64,000 nucleotides of DNA from positions 32,001 through 96,000 of the forward strand of contig JBBRPR010000014.1 in NCBI GenBank assembly GCA_038227875.1, in the 5' to 3' direction. The translations under genes were made by a program, and so were the position numbers. The stretch's first letter is position 1, and each line of letters begins with the position of its first letter. This DNA comes from Planctomycetota bacterium (GTDB taxonomy: Bacteria; Planctomycetota; SZUA-567; H5-PLA8). Positions 59,224-64,000 of the stretch are shown one piece after another. A model generated the notes under the pieces. It saw nothing but the letters and a program-made list of their open reading frames with translations, ran no database searches and was not told the DNA's origin.

Positions 59224-60216
59224 TTATGGCCCAGGGACCGTTGCGCAGGATGGCTGGTCGACGGTTGCAACGGCGGCGGTCGGGTGTGAAGGCGCGGTGT
59301 TGGTCTTCAACCGTTCTTGACGCTGCCACCATCCGGCCAGCCCAATCAGACCCAAGCCCAGGGCGCTGAGTGCAAACGGAAATATCGCAGGGTTGTCGGT
59401 AAGCCGGTAGCAGAGGTAGACCAGGTAACCGCAGGCGCCGAGACTTCCAAACACGCCAAAGGCCCGTCGACGGATTACAAAGGCCAGCGCAATCAGTCCG
59501 AGATTCAATGTGAAGTAAATCAAGCGATTGCGTTCGTTCTCACCGTCACCGAGCGACAGGGCCACCCAGAACGAGAGTAGTCCAAAGAGATCCAACCAGA
59601 ATCCGTAGTCGGCCCATCCCCGCCGGTCGGCGAAACGCGAAATTCCAAGGAGCACCACGCCGAAGGTCATCGACACCTGCAGCGCCTGCTCCCATGAGAG
59701 ATTGTCCTGGCCCAGTGCGAGCGCCACGAGATCCTGCGCGAGCATCCAAAGTCCCAACGTGAGCGGAAACGTGAGAAATGGAAAGCGGATTCGATGGAGC
59801 GCCACGCTGCTGGCTGCGATCAGCGCCAGTTCCATCAGTATCCAGCTCGTCCGTGCTTCGCGGTGGTACGCGGCGTAACTTCCCAGATTGGTTTGAGGCC
59901 ACAAACCGGTCAGGCGCTCAATGGCGTGGATGGAGACTGGAACAATGCAGACGGCCAGCGTGCAAAGGAGTCCGCCATGAACGCGCGCATGTCCGCGCTG
60001 CAGCAGCCGAAGCCCCAGCCAGAGCAGTCCGCAAATTTGAAGCAGTGACAGCACCAATTGCGCAGTCGCACTGAGTTGCCTGCCCAGCGTATCGGAGAGA
60101 CTCCACCCGTTTGCCCCGATGATGATGACTGCGCCAAGGTAGTAGCCAATCGGCGGAAATTTCCACGTTCCAGAGTCGATGTCCTTGGTATGCAGTTCCA
60201 TAAATCTCCCATTCAC
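59224..60216 (-). CDS. multi-pass membrane protein (DUF2157-like)
   Basis: About ten hydrophobic helices; YYLGA, DYGFWL.LFG, RRAF.VFG, FPFALS.LG. Confidence 0.6.
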   Translation of the reverse strand: MNGRFMELHTKDIDSGTWKFPPIGYYLGAVIIIGANGWSLSDTLGRQLSATAQLVLSLLQICGLLWLGLRLLQRGHARVHGGLLCTLAVCIVPVSIHAIERLTGLWPQTNLGSYAAYHREARTSWILMELALIAASSVALHRIRFPFLTFPLTLGLWMLAQDLVALALGQDNLSWEQALQVSMTFGVVLLGISRFADRRGWADYGFWLDLFGLLSFWVALSLGDGENERNRLIYFTLNLGLIALAFVIRRRAFGVFGSLGACGYLVYLCYRLTDNPAIFPFALSALGLGLIGLAGWWQRQERLKTNTAPSHPTAAVATVDQPSCATVPGP

Positions 60217-60498
60217 TACATGATCATGAATAGGTCACAAATTCGGTGCCACTCGCCAACCGTATGGGGCGAGCGAAAAAGATGTCCGGTTTCACTCGAA
60301 ATACGTGTGTGTGTTGCAAGCAGAAGGAAGAAATTCAGCCAAGGAACGTTATTAAAATTGGGAGTGACATTGCATGAACTGCGAATTTAGGATGTAGACA
60401 TCCTCTTCTAAACTGCGTCCCGACAGGCGTTAGCAATATCGCGCACTGGCATGGTGAATGCGTTTTGGTCGAACAACACTTGTGCCGGAGATGGCACC

Positions 60499-61767
60499 AT
60501 GCGTCGACTTAAGTATGGATTGATGATTGGATTCGCTGCAATTCTAGCAGTCGGAATTGCCGAGCGGCTGAACAGCAGGCCGCTGGAGACGTCAAAGTCG
60601 ACGTGGTCGCAGAAATTAAAAGACGCCGCACAAAATAAACTGCAGCAGCACCTGCGTGAACGTGCGGAGAACGCGAACTTCGCCACGAGCATGAACACCG
60701 CGGAAATGATCGCGGGACTATTTGATGAACGGGTCGAGGCCACCGAGCGCTACCGACACGCTTATCGGCTGGCCAAGTCCGGAAGCCCGGAAGCCATCGA
60801 GGCCCTCAAGCGCTATTTTAAACAGGCGAGTTCCAGCGAGAAGGCGGCCATCGCACAATTGATGGGTGCCTGGGGCAACGCAGAGCACAAGCCGTGGCTC
60901 TGGCCGTTGCTGGAGGATCCGGAACTCGACGTGCGCCTCGGCGCCATCCGGGCCTTGAGTTCGATCGGCGGTGACGATGTGGTCGAAAGGTGGGACCGCG
61001 CGATTCGAGGCGACCAAGCTTCGGATGCGGAAAAGGTGGCGATGATCGAGGGCCTGGGCACGATCCGATCGCCTTTCGCTTACCGAGTTGTGATGGCGCA
61101 GATCAACGCCCGAAGCGATGTCCGGTTCACTTCCGCATTGCTCGACAGCCTCTCGCGATTTCCCTTTACGCCGGAGACCGAACAGTACTTTAGAAACTGG
61201 GATGCGGCAGCAGGCACGCCGTTGGAGCAGCGTGTGGCCGCGATGACAAGTCTGGCGCATTCCGACGAACGCGCCGTTCCGTTCCTGCTGGATACCGCGC
61301 GTACCAGCACGCAATGGGCCGTGCGAGCGGAAGCCGCGTGGGCGCTGAGCGCGCAGACTGTTCCGCATCTCGCGGATTCGCTGGTGGAACTGGCGGCCAG
61401 CGAGCGCAATGAAATTGTGCGCCGCCGTCTGCTTGAAGCAATCGTGCCGCAGACCGATACACCGATCGAGCCGTTGTACGGAATTCTTGTCCACGAGGAA
61501 GACGAGGCGGTGCGCGTGGCGGTCTTCAATGCGCTGGGCGCGGCGGCCGGGCGCCAGCCGGATCAGGCGCAGCGTTTCGACGATGAAGCAGTTCCGGAGT
61601 TGTTGCGCCTGGCGGTCTCAGAAAATCCCGTCAATTTGCGCATGCGTGCGGTGTTCGCGTTGAGGAGGGCGCATACACCCGGCGCGCTGGAAGCCCTGGG
61701 CACGATTGCCGGGGTCAAGGACGAGCGGGTGGCCATCGCCGCCGCGCATGGATTAAGTCCAGACTAA
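60499..61767 (+). CDS. membrane-anchored/exported HEAT-repeat protein
   Basis: N-terminal hydrophobic segment; HEAT units (LEDPELDVRLGAIRALS, VRAEAAWALS, VRVAVFNALG, LRMRAVFAL); GGAG RBS. Confidence 0.75.
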   Translation: MRRLKYGLMIGFAAILAVGIAERLNSRPLETSKSTWSQKLKDAAQNKLQQHLRERAENANFATSMNTAEMIAGLFDERVEATERYRHAYRLAKSGSPEAIEALKRYFKQASSSEKAAIAQLMGAWGNAEHKPWLWPLLEDPELDVRLGAIRALSSIGGDDVVERWDRAIRGDQASDAEKVAMIEGLGTIRSPFAYRVVMAQINARSDVRFTSALLDSLSRFPFTPETEQYFRNWDAAAGTPLEQRVAAMTSLAHSDERAVPFLLDTARTSTQWAVRAEAAWALSAQTVPHLADSLVELAASERNEIVRRRLLEAIVPQTDTPIEPLYGILVHEEDEAVRVAVFNALGAAAGRQPDQAQRFDDEAVPELLRLAVSENPVNLRMRAVFALRRAHTPGALEALGTIAGVKDERVAIAAAHGLSPD

Positions 61768-61785
61768 TTTGAAGGAGGCACGAAC

Positions 61786-62967
61786 ATGTCTACCACAAGT
61801 TTGAAAAACACAGTCGTTGCCCTGTTGCTCTGCGGTTGCATTTCAAGCATTCAGGCCGCGACCATCACGTGGAAGGTTTTGATTGGGCCCAAGAATGCCG
61901 GAACGGTCGCGTGGCAAACCAGTTCGCCCTCGGCCAGTGGCTCGCTGTCTGCGAGCGGCAAGATCACCTTCAACGCCGGTGCCTTCGTTGATTTGACCTT
62001 CAACGCCAATCCAGGCTTCACGCTGACCCTGGTCACGAAGAATGCCGACAACATCACCGCATCGTTGGACTCCAAGCATCATTTCCGGTTTGGACCGGTC
62101 GACAGTCCACACACCATCGGCGTGCTGTTCAGCGGCAGCGGCGGCGGAACCGGAAGTGTCGATGTGCCCACCGGCGCATTTGGTTTTGCGTTTCCGTCAT
62201 CAAGTTCCACGCTCGCGCCTGTGTTCGATATTTCCGGGAACTACAGCGGCGTGACGCCCACCGCCACCAAGCGAAACTACAATTTTGATGTGGCCATGGA
62301 TGAATTCGGAAAAGTGTCGACGATGGGCACGCTGACCGGCGTTACCAATGCCGACGGCAGCAGCCTGCTGTCAGCCGACATCGGCGCCATCAAGACTGTC
62401 GACAATAAGCCCACCAACTTCTTCAAAACGAAGTTCAAAGGCACTGCCGACGGCAAACCGGTGGCAGGCAGCGCGGACGGCAGCGGACCGGTGCCGACGA
62501 CAGTCACCAACGGTGTCGCGGTCGTGGCTGGAACCGGCAGCTATAAGGGAACGCTTGACGGTGTGAAGTACGCGAACGACAACGTTCCGGTTCAAGCGCC
62601 GCTCTCGGTGGTGCAGACGAAAAATCTGAGCAAGGCGTGGAACATCCAGATCAGCATTCTTAACGAAGCGACCGGATCCAAGAGCAAGCCGGTGGCGTCT
62701 GCGCAGCTGACACTGCCCAGCGGCGACGTCATTTCCTTTGCGAAGAAGACGGCGAAGTACTCGAGCACCAAGGGCTATTCGCTTTCTTTCAAGAGCGGCA
62801 CCAACATTTCCCGCAGCCCGGCCGCGAAGGACAAGTCCTCCGTGCAGATCACGGGCATGACGTTCAGTAAGAGTGGAACGACATGGACGGTGACTGGCGG
62901 GACCATCACGTACAAGTTCCTGGGCCAGAACGGCAGCGGAAACTTGAACGAGTTCTTGAAGAATTAG
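61786..62967 (+). CDS. secreted beta-rich hypothetical protein
   Basis: GGAGG RBS and signal peptide (..SSIQA); N-terminal B-repeat/Ig-like segment (TFNANPGF), Gly linker, Lys/Ser/Thr-rich beta C-terminus. Confidence 0.65.
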   Translation: MSTTSLKNTVVALLLCGCISSIQAATITWKVLIGPKNAGTVAWQTSSPSASGSLSASGKITFNAGAFVDLTFNANPGFTLTLVTKNADNITASLDSKHHFRFGPVDSPHTIGVLFSGSGGGTGSVDVPTGAFGFAFPSSSSTLAPVFDISGNYSGVTPTATKRNYNFDVAMDEFGKVSTMGTLTGVTNADGSSLLSADIGAIKTVDNKPTNFFKTKFKGTADGKPVAGSADGSGPVPTTVTNGVAVVAGTGSYKGTLDGVKYANDNVPVQAPLSVVQTKNLSKAWNIQISILNEATGSKSKPVASAQLTLPSGDVISFAKKTAKYSSTKGYSLSFKSGTNISRSPAAKDKSSVQITGMTFSKSGTTWTVTGGTITYKFLGQNGSGNLNEFLKN

Positions 62968-62978
62968 AAGGGTCGAGC

Positions 62979-63764
62979 ATGTTCTTCAACCGGCGCGAAT
63001 TTTTGACCTTAGCGGTGGTGATGGCGGGAACGCTGGGAATCAACGGCGCGTCCCGCTTTCACACCTCAGGCGCCGCCGCGGTTTCCGCGATGCCGTCGCC
63101 GGCCATGAACACGCTCCAAACGCAGCTTCAGCCGGGCGATATTGTGTTGTTGCGCCGACGCAGCCTGAGCATCAATGCGTGGGTTCCCGGCTACTGGTCG
63201 CATGTCGCGCTCTATGTGGGAAGTGTGGGTGAGCTCAAAAAACTCGGCCTCGATCACGATCCACGAGTGGCCACCCATCTTGGCGCCTTCGCTGAATCTG
63301 GAGCGGGCGGCCAGCCGCATGTCATGATCGAGGCATTGCTGGAAGGGGTTCGTTTTCATTCGCTGAGCGGATCGTTGCAGAGCACGGAAGCCGTCGCCGT
63401 GCTGCGGCCAAGGCTTCAGCCAGAGCAAATCAACGAAGCCATCGCCCGCGCTTTTACGCATGCGGGCAAGCCGTTTGATCTGGACTTCGATTTCGAGCAC
63501 GACGACAAACTCGCCTGCACGGAATTGGTTTATCGCGCGTACGAGGGTGTGCTTTCACTGCAATTCAGTGATGCCATGGGCCGCCGTGTGATCACGCCGA
63601 CCGAGTTCGCGCGGACCTTTGGATCCGAGCGACTCACGTCATCCCAGCAATTCGATCTGGTTCTGTTCATAGACGGCAGCGTGTTCTCCGCGGAGGCGCG
63701 GCCGGGGCAGCCAGATGCGTTTGTTGAAACGACGCGCCGGCCTGCGGTGGATTGGCCGCGCTAA
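62979..63764 (+). CDS. Tat-exported permuted papain-like NlpC/P60 amidase (YiiX/YebB family)
   Basis: NRREFL twin-arginine signal; LQPGDIVL, WSHVALY (His), PFDLDF, LACTELV (Cys after His, the permuted order). Confidence 0.85.
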   Translation: MFFNRREFLTLAVVMAGTLGINGASRFHTSGAAAVSAMPSPAMNTLQTQLQPGDIVLLRRRSLSINAWVPGYWSHVALYVGSVGELKKLGLDHDPRVATHLGAFAESGAGGQPHVMIEALLEGVRFHSLSGSLQSTEAVAVLRPRLQPEQINEAIARAFTHAGKPFDLDFDFEHDDKLACTELVYRAYEGVLSLQFSDAMGRRVITPTEFARTFGSERLTSSQQFDLVLFIDGSVFSAEARPGQPDAFVETTRRPAVDWPR

Positions 63765-63877
63765 GATTCGGCGGCATAGATCGTCCTGCGCAGGTGCGTT
63801 TCTTGAGTGGTGAAAAATAGCATTTCTGCGCTTCAATGCACACCGTCCCGCACGATCTATCAATCAGGAGGTGTGTT

Positions 63878-64000
63878 ATGAATGTAGGAGCTGTTTCTTC
63901 CGGAGTGACGGGTGCGTTGTCCTCGGCTGGTGATCAGCAGACGACTCTGCTCAAGAAGGCTCAGGACACCGATAAGGATATTGCGTCCCGCCTGCTCGCC
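63878..64000 (+). CDS. small YjfB-like protein, 3'-truncated
   Basis: AGGAGG RBS; MNVGAVSSGVTGALSSAGDQQTTLLKKAQDTDKDIASRLLA resembles the LKKA.D....A..LL pattern of YjfB; absent from the ORF track. Confidence 0.5.
   Translation, partial: MNVGAVSSGVTGALSSAGDQQTTLLKKAQDTDKDIASRLLA

Overview
GC-rich bacterial chromosomal window, most consistent with a Planctomycetota-like genome. This is an inference from several HEAT-repeat proteins, an ECF sigma factor with a long C-terminal extension, a PQQ-type beta-propeller, DUF4838/GH2/heparinase-like genes and an RFSLR-type membrane motif. Left part: a co-directional minus-strand run of E1-beta-like, galactokinase-like, gmhB, FAD/Fe-S oxidoreductase and small CPCH-HEAT genes. 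Three of these enzyme homologues have intact ORFs but substituted catalytic residues. Next come an ECF/DUF4097 pair, gluQ and rsgA with heptamer-repeat hairpins, and secreted PKD and EF-hand proteins. Middle: a carbohydrate-utilisation-like block (PhyH dioxygenase, DUF4838, transglutaminase-like exoprotein, AraC, GH2-like, heparinase II/III-like), a membrane-tethered ECF-HEAT fusion, a ParB-like gene whose N-terminus is a 24-bp REP-like array, and a 2100-aa Ig/cadherin/PKD surface protein. Right part: a group 3b [NiFe]-hydrogenase operon containing a cNMP-binding gene and an acyl-CoA ligase/GNAT fusion with a (THQD)n N-terminal repeat. It has a zinc-finger-less HypA and hypFCDE but no hypB. 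It is followed by pfkA and a HEAT/secreted/Tat-amidase trio. I recognised no tRNA, rRNA, CRISPR array, integrase or transposase. All calls come from motif reading only; no database searches were run.
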